A stretch of DNA of 64,000 nucleotides from Candidatus Omnitrophota bacterium (GTDB lineage: Bacteria; Omnitrophota; Gorgyraeia; Gygaellales; Profunditerraquicolaceae). Below, in pieces: positions 20,195-31,006 of this stretch. The DNA lies in NCBI GenBank assembly GCA_041653955.1, contig JBAZEH010000001.1:53342-117341 (forward strand), read 5' to 3'. Within the stretch, counting starts at the first letter, position 1; every line of letters begins with the position of its first letter. The translations under genes were made by a program, and so were the position numbers. Under the pieces are notes generated by a model. It had not been told where the DNA came from. It did not search any database and worked only from the letters and a program-made list of their open reading frames with translations.

Positions 20195-21415
20195 TTACTC
20201 CAGTCTTCCCGTTGCGCAAACCCGGGAATATCTTTTCGCGCTCTCGCGCACGGTGCGCGCGTAAGTATTGTAATCCACCTCTATGAGCCCAAAACGCGGG
20301 GTAAACCCCTTATCCCATTCATAATTGTCTATCAGCGACCAGTAAATATAACCCAGCAGGTCAACGCCCCCGCGCATTGCCGCATGCATACTTTTAATGT
20401 GGTCGCGTATAAAATCCCACCTAAAGCCATCATTATCGGTGCATATGCCGTTCTCAAGTATAAATACCGGCAATCCATACCTCTTAAGGCCCATAAGCAC
20501 CTCATATAGCCCTTGCGGATATATATCCCATCCCATGGAATTCTTGGCCAGCCTGCTATGGCTGCCATCGCATACATCAAGAGTCAGGTTTTTAACGCCC
20601 CATCCCCGCGTCTCCACCACGCTCCTGGTATAATAATTAACGCCTATGAAATCAAGCGCTCCGGCAGCTATAGACCTTTCTATAAATTCACGGTTAAAAT
20701 ATCTGTCCCTTAAATATGCGGCTAGCCTGTTCCTTAAAGTAGGGACACAGGGCACAAACGCTTGTATATTCTTAGCTATACTTATTAAAGGAGCGCCCGT
20801 CCCGGATCTTTCATATATCCCGCGGATAAGTTCGCAGGCCTTGATATGGGATAATAGCAGGTTCTCTTTTACCTGCCTGGCCTTGCTGAAGGACTTCTCC
20901 TGGGGAGGCCAAAAACCCAGGATATAGGAATGGTATGTATAGACCATCGGCTCATTGATGGTCACCCAGTATTTTACATCTTCAGAGAGGGATGAGACCA
21001 CCTTCTCAACGTAACGCAGGAAATAATCGCAAGCCTTCCTGTTATGCCAGCCCCCTTTTTTCGCGAACCACAGGGGGTTAGTAAAATGATGGAGCGTGAC
21101 TATCGGGGTAAGGCTATACTCCTTTAATGCGGCGATGACATCGCGGTAGTGGCCCAGTTCTTTTTGAGAAAACTCGCCTTCCCGCGGTTCTATGCGGCTC
21201 CACTCAACGGATAAACGATGGGCATTATGCCCCAGGGATTTTGCCAGTCCGAAATCTGTCCTGTAAAGCTCGTAATGACGGCAGGCCTGGCCGGAAGGAT
21301 CTTTAAGGCCAGCCTTTTTCTCCCAATCCCACCAATCGGAGTTTGTGTTATCCCCCTCTACCTGATGGGCAGCCGCAGCCGCCCCCCAGATAAAATCTCG
21401 CGGAAATTGGATCAT
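20195..21415 (-). CDS. Glycoside hydrolase family 1 (beta-glucosidase-like).
   Basis: FIWGAAAAAHQVEG N-terminal signature, TINEP region and I/LENG nucleophile motif (ILENG). Confidence 0.8.
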   Translation of the reverse strand: MIQFPRDFIWGAAAAAHQVEGDNTNSDWWDWEKKAGLKDPSGQACRHYELYRTDFGLAKSLGHNAHRLSVEWSRIEPREGEFSQKELGHYRDVIAALKEYSLTPIVTLHHFTNPLWFAKKGGWHNRKACDYFLRYVEKVVSSLSEDVKYWVTINEPMVYTYHSYILGFWPPQEKSFSKARQVKENLLLSHIKACELIRGIYERSGTGAPLISIAKNIQAFVPCVPTLRNRLAAYLRDRYFNREFIERSIAAGALDFIGVNYYTRSVVETRGWGVKNLTLDVCDGSHSRLAKNSMGWDIYPQGLYEVLMGLKRYGLPVFILENGICTDNDGFRWDFIRDHIKSMHAAMRGGVDLLGYIYWSLIDNYEWDKGFTPRFGLIEVDYNTYARTVRESAKRYSRVCATGRLE

Positions 21416-21443
21416 CCTGTATATAGATAAGTAATGCCGCGGA

Positions 21444-21881
21444 CTATCTGTTCTCCCCCGGCTTGGTAGGCGCGGGATTAAGATATTTACCCAGCACCAT
21501 CCATGTTTTCGGACCGACTTTGCCGTCCGCCTGAAGATTGTTCGCCTTCTGAAAATCCGTTATCGCCTTCTTTGACTGGGGGCCTATCTTGCCGTCTACA
21601 ACCCCGGCATAAAATCCGGCGTTCTTTAAGGCCATCTGTATCTCTTTAGATGTGGGCTTATAAGGCCCGGGGGGAGGCAACTGCTCAAGCTTAACCTCCT
21701 CCACAAAAAGCGCGGGCTCTGGCGTCACGGTTACTGCCGGAGCTGTTGAGACATCGATCCTGCTTAACTCTTCCATAGATATCGGCTCCTGCGTTTCAGC
21801 GATAGGCTGCTGCTTTTTACCGCAACTGGCCAGGCAAACGGTTAACGCTAAAATAAGTACGGTCAATACTGGTCTCCTCAT
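21444..21881 (-). CDS. Lipoprotein with a peptidoglycan-binding (PG_binding_1) domain.
   Basis: Lipobox LASCG; C-terminal GVVDGKIGPQSKKAITDFQKANNLQADGKVGPKTW. Confidence 0.6.
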   Translation of the reverse strand: MRRPVLTVLILALTVCLASCGKKQQPIAETQEPISMEELSRIDVSTAPAVTVTPEPALFVEEVKLEQLPPPGPYKPTSKEIQMALKNAGFYAGVVDGKIGPQSKKAITDFQKANNLQADGKVGPKTWMVLGKYLNPAPTKPGENR

Positions 21882-21972
21882 AGCTATTCCTCCTGTAAGT
21901 TATAAAGACTGCCTCCAAAGGACAACTCTATTTTATTTTAATACTTCCAGCGTAAAAAGCAAATGAAATATA

Positions 21973-23169
21973 TCAGATTCCGCGCAACCGCGGATAGATG
22001 ACATTTATGGTTATGAAAAAAATCAGGCAAACAACTCCTCCGGTAAATACCGTAAGCGATACCCCGATGAAATGGGCCAGGATACCCGCGAACAGATTAC
22101 CGAAAGGCATGAACCCTGCAAAGGTAAGCATAAATACGCTCATCACCCTGCCCCTGTACCTATCCGGGACCAGTATCTGCAACAGCGTATTTACGATCCC
22201 TATCGCCGTGACCGAAGCTCCGCCTACAAATATAAGGATAATAAGCGAGAATAAAAACCACCTGGAGAAGGAAAATAATATAAGCGATATAGAAAATATC
22301 AGCGCGGAAGATACCAGGAGCCTCCCCTTATATTTAAAATCCCCCAGGCGCGCTAATATCAATGCCGCGACAAGGGCGCCTATACCGGTAAAGGACATAA
22401 GCACCCCTAACCCCCCCGCCCCTACCTTAAATACCTCTTCGGCAAAAACAGGCATAAGCACTACGTAAGATACCCCGAAAATGCTGGTCACTGCGACCAT
22501 ACTGATCAACGCGAGTATGATACGGTTATCTTTTATAAACTTAAGGCCGTCTGCCAGGTCCTTAATAAGGAACTTCCCAGGAACCGCCTTAGGCACATTA
22601 TTAATATTTATAAGCAAGAGGGCTATTATCACCGCGAAGAAACTTATCCCATTTACGTAAAAACAACCGCTCATACCTATACCGGCTATAAGCAAGCCTG
22701 CCAGGGCGGGGCCGATTATGCGGGCAGAATTAAAGGCGGCGGAATTAAGGGCGACGGCATTTAAAAGGTGCTCCTTGCCGACAAGCTCCGCCACCACTGC
22801 CTGACGGGCAGGAGCGTCAAAAGCCATGACCACACCGTTAGCTAAAGCGATGAACATTATCTGTAAAGGAGTGATCTTTTTCATATGCGTAAGGACGGCG
22901 AGCAGGAAAGCCAGGAGCATAAAAGCGTGCTGCGTGAACAAAAGTATTTTTCTTTTATTCACCCTGTCAGCCGCTACGCCTCCTAACAGGGCGAGCAGAA
23001 AAACGGGTATATAACTAAGGAAACTGACCAGCCCCAGCAGGAATGTGGAATTGGTCAGGCTGAACATCAGCCAGCTCTGGGCAAAATACTGGACCCATGT
23101 CCCGACGAGGGAGATCAACATCCCCAGCCAATAAAGCCTGAAATTCCTGACCTTCAGGGAAGAAAACAT
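21973..23169 (-). CDS. MFS transporter.
   Basis: 12-TM MFS profile. Confidence 0.65.
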   Translation of the reverse strand: MFSSLKVRNFRLYWLGMLISLVGTWVQYFAQSWLMFSLTNSTFLLGLVSFLSYIPVFLLALLGGVAADRVNKRKILLFTQHAFMLLAFLLAVLTHMKKITPLQIMFIALANGVVMAFDAPARQAVVAELVGKEHLLNAVALNSAAFNSARIIGPALAGLLIAGIGMSGCFYVNGISFFAVIIALLLININNVPKAVPGKFLIKDLADGLKFIKDNRIILALISMVAVTSIFGVSYVVLMPVFAEEVFKVGAGGLGVLMSFTGIGALVAALILARLGDFKYKGRLLVSSALIFSISLILFSFSRWFLFSLIILIFVGGASVTAIGIVNTLLQILVPDRYRGRVMSVFMLTFAGFMPFGNLFAGILAHFIGVSLTVFTGGVVCLIFFITINVIYPRLRGI

Positions 23170-23172
23170 CTG

Positions 23173-23772
23173 TTAAGATTTAAGTACTGCTTCGCGCCTG
23201 CAACGGGGGCAGAGGACCTTCATACGGCCGGAGCGGCCGGGTTCCATCTCCTCTTTAGGCGAGGGTCTATCTTTTGAGGCGAGGCCTAATACTTTTAAAT
23301 AAAACGATATGAGCGATGGATTGGCAAAACAGAGCGGCCCGATCTTCTGCGCTACCCAGAATATCTGGTCATAAGGGACGATACTCTCTGCGCAGCAATC
23401 GCAAACCGCGAGCTCTTTTTCTATGGTTTGCTTCAATTCATCTTTACTGCCAGTAGTAGCCAGGTCAAAAATATTTGAAAGGATGATCCCCTTACCGGTA
23501 ATGCAGTTCGCCTGGCACTGCCCGCAGAATATACACAAGTTCCAGTTAACCGTAAGGACCCTTTTATTCTTTATATCCTGTATATCTATCGCCCTGGCAG
23601 GGCATACATTGGCACATGCTCCGCAGCCCACGCAATCCTCTTCATGGAACTCGGGACGCCCCCTGAACCTCTCAAATGGCGTATGGGGCTGATAAGGGAA
23701 TTTAGACGTATATGGGCCCTTGATCAATGCCCTGACCGCTTCCTTTAATTCTCTTAGTTTAGGGTATTTCAT
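23173..23772 (-). CDS. NuoI/MbhN-like 2x[4Fe-4S] ferredoxin subunit of the hydrogenase, with an extra C-terminal Cys-rich tail (CDCC ... CPRC). Last gene of the hydrogenase-Mrp operon.
   Basis: CVGCGACANVCP and CIFCGQCQANC motifs. Confidence 0.65.
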   Translation of the reverse strand: MKYPKLRELKEAVRALIKGPYTSKFPYQPHTPFERFRGRPEFHEEDCVGCGACANVCPARAIDIQDIKNKRVLTVNWNLCIFCGQCQANCITGKGIILSNIFDLATTGSKDELKQTIEKELAVCDCCAESIVPYDQIFWVAQKIGPLCFANPSLISFYLKVLGLASKDRPSPKEEMEPGRSGRMKVLCPRCRREAVLKS

Positions 23773-24101
23773 TTCTTTTCGTCTTCCGTGTACTTATCGC
23801 AAACCGAACCTTTCCATAACCTTACTCCGGATTTATGCGCGCCCTTTGCCAGCGCGTGCGCGGTAACGGGAGCAGTCAACAAAAGGAACAAGATACAGAT
23901 TATCGCCTTTACTCCTGCGGCGGTGAACCCGAACTTTATGAATACCCCCAGGAGTATCCCGCAGGTACCCAGCGTCACGCACTTGGTAGAAGCCTGAAGC
24001 CTGCTGTATATATCGGGGAGCCTGATCAATCCCAGGCATCCAAAAAGGTCAAAACTTATGCCGACAACTATGAATACGAGCGAGATCATCTCATTCATCA
24101 A
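23769..24101 (-). CDS. mrpG: Mrp antiporter subunit G.
   Basis: LGLIRLPDIYSRLQASTKCVTLG MnhG signature; about 110 aa, 3 TM. Confidence 0.7.
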   Translation of the reverse strand: MMNEMISLVFIVVGISFDLFGCLGLIRLPDIYSRLQASTKCVTLGTCGILLGVFIKFGFTAAGVKAIICILFLLLTAPVTAHALAKGAHKSGVRLWKGSVCDKYTEDEKK

Positions 24102-24429
24102 AATTCCTTCCTTCCAGGAACTTCGCCAGGGCGAGCGTACCGATAAAGCTCTGCAGGGCCCAGGCTATGGCGATATCTATATACCAATCTTTATTAGTGT
24201 AAACCGCCAATATGGCGCAAAAACCTATTATCAGGATGCCGAGTATATCGGTGGCTACCGACCTGTCTGCGGGAGTAGGGCCCCCTATTATCCTGCATAA
24301 GGAAAGCGCGAAACATATAATAAGATATAGCAACAACCTGGTATGAAGCTCTACCTTCAGCACGTGGAATATGAAATATACCGCCGAGCCAAGTATTATA
24401 AGGCCTATAAGCCAGCGCGCGAACTTCAT
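24091..24429 (-). CDS. mrpF: Mrp antiporter subunit F.
   Basis: IIGGPTPADRSVATD MnhF signature. Confidence 0.7.
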   Translation of the reverse strand: MKFARWLIGLIILGSAVYFIFHVLKVELHTRLLLYLIICFALSLCRIIGGPTPADRSVATDILGILIIGFCAILAVYTNKDWYIDIAIAWALQSFIGTLALAKFLEGRNFDE

Positions 24430-24929
24430 TCAAATACCTCTTTCAGTATCTTCTCAAATTTAGAAACGATGATCCCGGATGCCTCTACGATATCCTGTTT
24501 TTTTACGTCAAGCCAGTGTATATAAAGATACCCGTTCTCCCTGTCTATATCCACCGTCAATGTGCCCGGCGTGAGGGTAATGAAATTAGCAAGAAAGGTG
24601 AGGCCTGTCTCTGTTTTTAATATCGTCTTCACCTTAACGATCCCGGGGGTTATCGGCAAACTCGGGGCCAGGACACGGAAAGCGACGTCTATATTCGCCT
24701 TGATACATTCCCAGGAAAATACGAATAAATAAATGAAAAACCATATATAGCGCCTTAAATTAAGCCACTTGCCGGCCTGGTCAGTGAACATATCCCCCAT
24801 GGTCGAGGCGACCAGTAAGGCTGCCAGGAAGCCAACCAGAAGATGCTGCCAGTCAAAGCTAAAAGATAACAGCATCCAGAGTATAAATGAAACCCAAAAG
24901 GTGATTATTCTTGAACGTATGTAACGCAT
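24426..24929 (-). CDS. mrpE: Mrp antiporter subunit E.
   Basis: MnhE-like; ANIDVAFRVL ... ITLTPGT motifs. Confidence 0.7.
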   Translation of the reverse strand: MRYIRSRIITFWVSFILWMLLSFSFDWQHLLVGFLAALLVASTMGDMFTDQAGKWLNLRRYIWFFIYLFVFSWECIKANIDVAFRVLAPSLPITPGIVKVKTILKTETGLTFLANFITLTPGTLTVDIDRENGYLYIHWLDVKKQDIVEASGIIVSKFEKILKEVFE

Positions 24930-24932
24930 ACT

Positions 24933-26411
24933 TTATCCGGCTCCCAGTATTATGGCGGAGTAATTTAGGCCTCCCAGTAGCGCGTCTGCCGCAGGCCTTA
25001 TAACCATATCTATAAAGGGCGCGAAAAACAGGCCCACGGCAATGCATAAAAGTGCGAGCGCTACCATAGAAAATGACATATAGAACGGGGATTCCTTGAT
25101 ACCGCTTATTACCCCTTCTATCTTACGGGTAAAGGCGTATTTCTGCACTTTCAAGAAAGAGGCCAGGGTGACCATCCCTACTACTATACAAACGATACCC
25201 CCTATTATATTGTGCGCCTGGAATGCCGCGATTATGATCATCAGCTTGCTCCAAAACCCGCAGAATGGAGGCACGCCGGCAATAGATAAAGACGCGACCA
25301 GGGAAGTCGTGCTGGTTACCGGCATCTCCTTCGAGAAACCGCCCATCTTATCCAGCTGCCTTGTGCCGGATGCATACTCCAGGGAACCGGCATTAAGGAA
25401 AAGGAGTGATTTAAATAAAGAGTGGTTAAAAAGATGAAATAACCCTCCCATTATCCCAAGCGGCGTACCAAGTCCTATCCCGAATACGACATAACCTATC
25501 TGGCTGATAGAATGATACGCCAGCAGCCTCTTGAAATCCCATTGCCCTATGGCAAGAATAACGCCTACGAACATAGATATGATCCCCAGCCATATAAATA
25601 TATCCGAGATCGTCCGGTCAAAACCTATTATATTGAACATAACCCGCGAAAGGGCGTATACGCCGATAGTCTTTATTACCACTCCCGAAAGCATAGCCGA
25701 CATAGGGGCTGGCGCCGCCGGATGGGCGTCGGGAAGCCAGGCGTGGAAAGGGACTAAGGCTGCCTTCAAACCAAACCCCATTACGAACAGCGCGGTGCAA
25801 TAAAGTATTAAATTCTTTGAAGGCAGCGCCAAAAGAGACTTTCCTATATCCGCCATATTCAGAGTTGAAACGCTCCCCAGTATCATCCCGATAGCAAGAA
25901 GTATCAACGTTGACGCTACGCTTCCCAAGACAAGATACTTAAAAGCCGCTTCCAGGTCTTCCGCTTCCACCCCAAAGGCGACTAACGCGTAGCTCGCTAT
26001 GGAGGTAATCTCAATAAACACGAAAAGATTAAACATATCTCCGCTTATGACTACGCCGTTCAATCCGGCTAATAATAAGGAAAAAAGGGTATAATAAAGG
26101 GCGGGGGAACTGTATTTCTTGATATAATCTATTGAATATACGAGCGCCAGGAACCCTACAAGGTTCACTACCAAAAGCATGAGCACGCTTAAACCGTCGA
26201 GGGTCATGCATATCCCAAAAGGAGGTTTCCAGCCTCCGACGTAATAAACCCTCACCCCTTCCCTGAGCCAGAATATGCTTTTTACGGAAAAAAACAGCAG
26301 CAATAACCCGCCCAGATTAACCAAGAGCGCAGATGAGCCTTTGCGGAATTTGGATACGATAGGTATCAGAAAGGCGCAGGCTAAAGGTATGATCACAAAA
26401 ATAGGCAGCAT
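24933..26411 (-). CDS. mrpD: Mrp subunit D / NuoN-like proton-translocating antiporter-type subunit.
   Basis: NuoL/M/N-family polytopic protein, about 490 aa. Confidence 0.7.
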   Translation of the reverse strand: MLPIFVIIPLACAFLIPIVSKFRKGSSALLVNLGGLLLLFFSVKSIFWLREGVRVYYVGGWKPPFGICMTLDGLSVLMLLVVNLVGFLALVYSIDYIKKYSSPALYYTLFSLLLAGLNGVVISGDMFNLFVFIEITSIASYALVAFGVEAEDLEAAFKYLVLGSVASTLILLAIGMILGSVSTLNMADIGKSLLALPSKNLILYCTALFVMGFGLKAALVPFHAWLPDAHPAAPAPMSAMLSGVVIKTIGVYALSRVMFNIIGFDRTISDIFIWLGIISMFVGVILAIGQWDFKRLLAYHSISQIGYVVFGIGLGTPLGIMGGLFHLFNHSLFKSLLFLNAGSLEYASGTRQLDKMGGFSKEMPVTSTTSLVASLSIAGVPPFCGFWSKLMIIIAAFQAHNIIGGIVCIVVGMVTLASFLKVQKYAFTRKIEGVISGIKESPFYMSFSMVALALLCIAVGLFFAPFIDMVIRPAADALLGGLNYSAIILGAG

Positions 26412-26415
26412 AATA

Positions 26416-26754
26416 TTATCCTCTTAAGCGGCGGATCTCGTCTATATCAAAAGTCCTGTATTTTTCGTATAAGCGTATGGTGATAGCGACCATCAACGCG
26501 GTAACTCCCAGCCCGATCACGATAGATGTCAGGATAAGGGCCTGCGGAAGCGGATCAACGAAATTTACCGCCGCGCCATACTTATCCAGTATAGGCGCCT
26601 CTCCATTATCACGGTAACCAAGCAGTATGAAGAAAAGGTTTATGGCATACTCCATTATGCCAAGGCCTACTATCTTCTTGATAAGGTTCCTTTTGACCAG
26701 CAGGCAATATAAGCCTACGGCGAACAATATCAGGCAGAGTATATAAATGCTCAT
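26416..26754 (-). CDS. mrpC: Mrp subunit C (NuoK-like).
   Basis: 3-TM NuoK-like protein, 112 aa. Confidence 0.7.
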   Translation of the reverse strand: MSIYILCLILFAVGLYCLLVKRNLIKKIVGLGIMEYAINLFFILLGYRDNGEAPILDKYGAAVNFVDPLPQALILTSIVIGLGVTALMVAITIRLYEKYRTFDIDEIRRLRG

Positions 26755-27206
26755 ACCTTCTTTCCTCCGTTATCCTCCACCGGCATCCTGAATATCGCCA
26801 GGGCGATGAATATGGCGAACAGCCCCGCTCCTACTTTTAAGAATATCGCTATATTGCATAGAATAATCATGCCGGAACTGAACAGCTTAAAGGGTTCGCC
26901 TTTAGGCAGTATATTAAAGAAAAAATACCCTCCCGCAAGCCCTAAAAGCGCTATACCCAGGAAGAATACCCCTCCCAAAGATTCAATTATGGATATTGCC
27001 GCCTCATTCAATCTTTTTACGGCGGCTTCCCTGCCAAAGGCAAGCACCAGATGAATAAAAGATAATGCTATGATCACACCTCCGGCGAACCCCCCTCCGG
27101 GAGTAAGATGCCCGTGCAGAAGTATATACACGCCGTAAAGGAATATAAGGCTAACCGTTATTTTGGTGACGCGCTTCACTATCAAAGACATTCCCGCTTC
27201 TCTCAT
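26751..27206 (-). CDS. mrpB: Mrp subunit B.
   Basis: LHGHLTPGGGFAGG MnhB motif. Confidence 0.7.
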   Translation of the reverse strand: MREAGMSLIVKRVTKITVSLIFLYGVYILLHGHLTPGGGFAGGVIIALSFIHLVLAFGREAAVKRLNEAAISIIESLGGVFFLGIALLGLAGGYFFFNILPKGEPFKLFSSGMIILCNIAIFLKVGAGLFAIFIALAIFRMPVEDNGGKKV

Positions 27207-27721
27207 CTCTTCCTTCCCGCTATCCTTAAAACAGCCAGCACCCCTATCACAGAAGTAAACAACACCGTTGCTTCACCCAGGGTATCATAACCCCTGAAAT
27301 CCAGTATTACCGCAGATACTATATTAGCGGCGCCAGTCATTGATAACGCGCTGTTTATATACTGGCTCCCCATCTTCATTATCGGAAAGCCGAAAGCCGG
27401 TAATTGCGCTAAGGCCTTATGGCTGAACACCAGAAATATACCGGTAAATAAGAACGCGAAGGTAAGGTATGCTGTCTTGCTCCTCAATCTCTGGTGAGGG
27501 ATATTCGCCCCTATAGTCACCCTTATCAATATGATCACGGTCAATATCTCTACTACCAGCTGCGTAATAGCGAGGTCCGGAGCCCGCAACAGCAAGAATT
27601 CCAGAGTAAGGCCCATCCCTACCGCTCCGAGAGCGATGACGCTGGAAAGCAGGTCCTCTATCTCCATCGCCACTATCGCCCCTATGATCATCAATATCAA
27701 TACCGCGTGCAACTCTATCAT
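27203..27721 (-). CDS. MnhB-domain protein (MrpA C-terminal-like / MbhD-E-like).
   Basis: NIVSAVILDFRGYDTLGE motif typical of the MrpA C-terminal/MnhB domain. Confidence 0.6.
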   Translation of the reverse strand: MIELHAVLILMIIGAIVAMEIEDLLSSVIALGAVGMGLTLEFLLLRAPDLAITQLVVEILTVIILIRVTIGANIPHQRLRSKTAYLTFAFLFTGIFLVFSHKALAQLPAFGFPIMKMGSQYINSALSMTGAANIVSAVILDFRGYDTLGEATVLFTSVIGVLAVLRIAGRKR

Positions 27722-27722
27722 T

Positions 27723-29612
27723 TTACCTGCCCATAAAAATAAGTAACATAATGATCAGCCCTGCCATACTCCATGCCAGATACTGGTTCAATGCCCCGGT
27801 ATGCGCCTTTCTAAAAACCCAGCTTAAACCCAAAACCAGGTATCCGGCAGCATTGGTCAGATAATATATAAGGCGGTCTATAAAAAGATAGAGGCAGTTC
27901 GCCGAAACGCGTAATAATCCCGACAACATATTGTAAAAGTCTGCCGCCTCCGTCCCTAAAAGACGATACAGCTTATTTATTAAAGGGATAGCGCTGATAC
28001 TCTTATAAAACTCGGTAGCGGGGAATGTCGGTTCAAAATGAGTGGTTTCCCCTCCTATATAATAAGTATCCTTCCTCATATTCCTGCCTGCCGATAGCTG
28101 CCATAATATCAACCCCGCGCACAGGCCAAAGAAAAGAAAGATAAAAGCGAAAATGCTGTTCCATGTGCCGATAAATGATATATCTTTGCCTATCCACGGA
28201 CCGATCAGGTCATTGACGAACAATTTCGGCAATACGCCAAGCAGTACGCAAAGCGCGGCCAATATCAGGAGAGGGGCAGTCATGCTCAAAGGCGCCTCTT
28301 TGGGCTTATCATTACTTTGGCGGTGGTCCTGGCCAAGGAATATCGCGTGGATAAATTTAGCAAAACTGGCTAGCGTAAGGGCGCTTCCGAACATAGCGGC
28401 AACAAGGGCAAAGATATAGACGCAACGCAACCAAAGATTAGGCGTATTAAACATGCCTACCAGCGTCCCCTGGTAAAGCATCCACTTTGAGGCAAAGCCG
28501 TTAAAAGGAGGAACGCCGGAAATAGATAAAGAGAACACCAGGCCCGAAATAAAAGTAAGGGGCATATACACGGCGAGCCCGCCGAGTTTCTCCAATTCAA
28601 ATGTTTTCCCCTTCTCCCCTACCGCCCCCCCTACCAGGAATAATCCGCTTTTATATATGGCGTGGTTGATCATATGGAATATCCCCCCGGCGATACCTAA
28701 GGCAGTGCCCGTCCCGAAACCAAGCACCATATATCCTACCTGGCTTATGGCGTGAAAGGATAATAATTTCCTGAGGTCATGCTGTATCAACGCCATCATT
28801 ACCGCGAATATTATAGTCAAACTTCCGGTTATAAGCAATATACCCATTGCGGCTGCGTTAGGCGCAAAGAAATCTGTGCAGATGCGCGCCAGAAGGTATA
28901 TCCCAAGCAATTTGTCTAAAGACGCCGGGAGAATAGCCATCACCGGGGCCGGGGCATCCTCGGCGGCAGCAGGTATCCATGTGTGAAATGGGCCGCATCC
29001 TGCTTTGGCAAAAGCGCCCACCAGCATCAACAGGAAAGACGCCCATATCACAGGGGTATCCAGCGCTAATCCCGCTTTCTCAGGCATGAGAGTATTGCCG
29101 GTAGCGGCAATATACAGGCATATCCCCAACATCAAAGAAAAATCCGCGAACCCGACAATAGAAAGCGCCTTTTTGGCGCTGTGCCCTGAGCCGATATTCA
29201 AAAGCGCGTAAAGCAGCGCCAAAGTAACACCCCAGGAGAAAACAAAAGTAATAAAATCAGCCGACATGAGCGCCAGGTTAGAAAAAGCTATGAGCCACAG
29301 GAGGTATGAAAAATAAGCTCCCTTCTTTTTCATATAATCCCTGGAATAAAGGCATACCAGCAGACCAAACAGGTTTACGAAAACGACAATTATGCGCGAG
29401 AGCTTATTAAACCCGAGCATGAGGCCGTAATCTCCGATAAGCCCAACTATCTCTAAAGACGGCAGTCTAAAGCAGATATATACCGACCAGAAAAGGCCCG
29501 CCAGGAATATTAATGACGCCAGGTTCTTCTTTACCCGGTCCCCCTTGAAGAAAATAAGGATGAGCCCGGATATTACATGCAATACAATCAGTATAAATAA
29601 GTTCATTCCCAT
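27723..29612 (-). CDS. mrpA: MrpA/NuoL-like antiporter subunit (629 aa).
   Basis: NuoL-family proton-pumping subunit with a long C-terminal extension. Confidence 0.7.
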   Translation of the reverse strand: MGMNLFILIVLHVISGLILIFFKGDRVKKNLASLIFLAGLFWSVYICFRLPSLEIVGLIGDYGLMLGFNKLSRIIVVFVNLFGLLVCLYSRDYMKKKGAYFSYLLWLIAFSNLALMSADFITFVFSWGVTLALLYALLNIGSGHSAKKALSIVGFADFSLMLGICLYIAATGNTLMPEKAGLALDTPVIWASFLLMLVGAFAKAGCGPFHTWIPAAAEDAPAPVMAILPASLDKLLGIYLLARICTDFFAPNAAAMGILLITGSLTIIFAVMMALIQHDLRKLLSFHAISQVGYMVLGFGTGTALGIAGGIFHMINHAIYKSGLFLVGGAVGEKGKTFELEKLGGLAVYMPLTFISGLVFSLSISGVPPFNGFASKWMLYQGTLVGMFNTPNLWLRCVYIFALVAAMFGSALTLASFAKFIHAIFLGQDHRQSNDKPKEAPLSMTAPLLILAALCVLLGVLPKLFVNDLIGPWIGKDISFIGTWNSIFAFIFLFFGLCAGLILWQLSAGRNMRKDTYYIGGETTHFEPTFPATEFYKSISAIPLINKLYRLLGTEAADFYNMLSGLLRVSANCLYLFIDRLIYYLTNAAGYLVLGLSWVFRKAHTGALNQYLAWSMAGLIIMLLIFMGR

Positions 29613-31006
29613 TATCCGGCCACCGCCGATATAAAGTTTAAGGGTAATTTTACCGCGAAGCCAAGAAGCAGCGAAAGCACCCCTAATACCACTACTACGT
29701 ATACCATCAACGAACCTCTGCCCTCTTCGGCCTCTATCTTCAAGCCGCCCAGGAACACCCTGTCAAACAGCCTCATCAGGTAAAAAAGCGTGAATAAAGC
29801 TCCTACTATCGCGAGGATACCTGCATACATATACCCTCCCTGTATAGCGAAAAGAACAGTCATGAACTTGGGCCAGAATCCCAATAAGGGCGGTATACCT
29901 ATAATAGCAAAAGCGCATAAAAGATAGGCCGCCGCGGTATAAGGCATATACTTCAAAAGCCCTCCCAGTTCATTTATATCCTTTGTTCCGGTCTTATGTT
30001 CTATTATCCCTGCGCACAAGAAAAGCCCTGCCTTGGCAATACTATGGGCAAGTATATACAGCATGGCAATCTTAAACGCGATACCGGTACCCAGAGAAAA
30101 AGCAAGTATGATATAACCCAGTTGGCTTACGGTAGAATAAGCAAGTATCCTTTTCATATTACTCTCAACCAGCGCGCAGCCTCCGGCGACTATTATAGTG
30201 GCCACGCTTAAGGCTATTACCGTATCCGTAAAGAATGGCGTCACGGCGAATGTAAAGCAAAAGAACCTGGCAAAGGCATAAACGCCGATCTTGACCAATA
30301 CTGCCGCGTGTAAAAGCGCGGTCACGGGGGTCGGAGCGACACCGGCATCCGGCAGCCAGGTCTGAAGCGGCAGCTGCGCCGACTTTGAGATTATCCCGGC
30401 CAATAAAAGAAACGCTAAGATATTCCCTATAGCCTGGCTTTTTAAAGCTACTAACTCCAGCGTCCCGTAATTAAGGTATATAAGCACGATACCCAGCAAC
30501 ATCAATGACGCCCCGAAGAAAGTTATAAGGAACGCCCTGTCCGCTGCCTTGGTATCCTTCTCTTTCCTGTAAAAACCGATAAGCCTCCATGAACAAACCG
30601 CGGTTACCTCCCAGAAACAGTATATCAAAATAAGGTTACTGGAAAACAACAGCCCCATCATAGCGCCCACAAAAAGGACGGTCCAAAAATAGAATTCATC
30701 CTTATCGGTATATTCTTTCATATATTCCAGAGAATACACGCAGATAAGAAGCGCCACAAAGGAAGATACGACGGCCATGAATATGCTCAACCCGTCCGAT
30801 AAGAAAGAAAGGCTGAACCAGTCAGTAAAATATCTCTGGTAAACAAGCTCTTTACACCTGGCTACTGCAGGGACGGCAAAAACGCTGAAGAGAAATGTAA
30901 GGAAGAGCACGGACACCGAAAGCAGCGGCTTAAACTTTTTGGGGAAAGCTTTTATTATGAAAGCTCCTGCTAAAGGCAAGAATATTATATTTAATACCAG
31001 GTTCAT
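29612..31006 (-). CDS. Third NuoL/M/N (MrpD-like) antiporter-type subunit (464 aa).
   Basis: NuoM/MrpD-family polytopic protein. Confidence 0.65.
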   Translation of the reverse strand: MNLVLNIIFLPLAGAFIIKAFPKKFKPLLSVSVLFLTFLFSVFAVPAVARCKELVYQRYFTDWFSLSFLSDGLSIFMAVVSSFVALLICVYSLEYMKEYTDKDEFYFWTVLFVGAMMGLLFSSNLILIYCFWEVTAVCSWRLIGFYRKEKDTKAADRAFLITFFGASLMLLGIVLIYLNYGTLELVALKSQAIGNILAFLLLAGIISKSAQLPLQTWLPDAGVAPTPVTALLHAAVLVKIGVYAFARFFCFTFAVTPFFTDTVIALSVATIIVAGGCALVESNMKRILAYSTVSQLGYIILAFSLGTGIAFKIAMLYILAHSIAKAGLFLCAGIIEHKTGTKDINELGGLLKYMPYTAAAYLLCAFAIIGIPPLLGFWPKFMTVLFAIQGGYMYAGILAIVGALFTLFYLMRLFDRVFLGGLKIEAEEGRGSLMVYVVVVLGVLSLLLGFAVKLPLNFISAVAG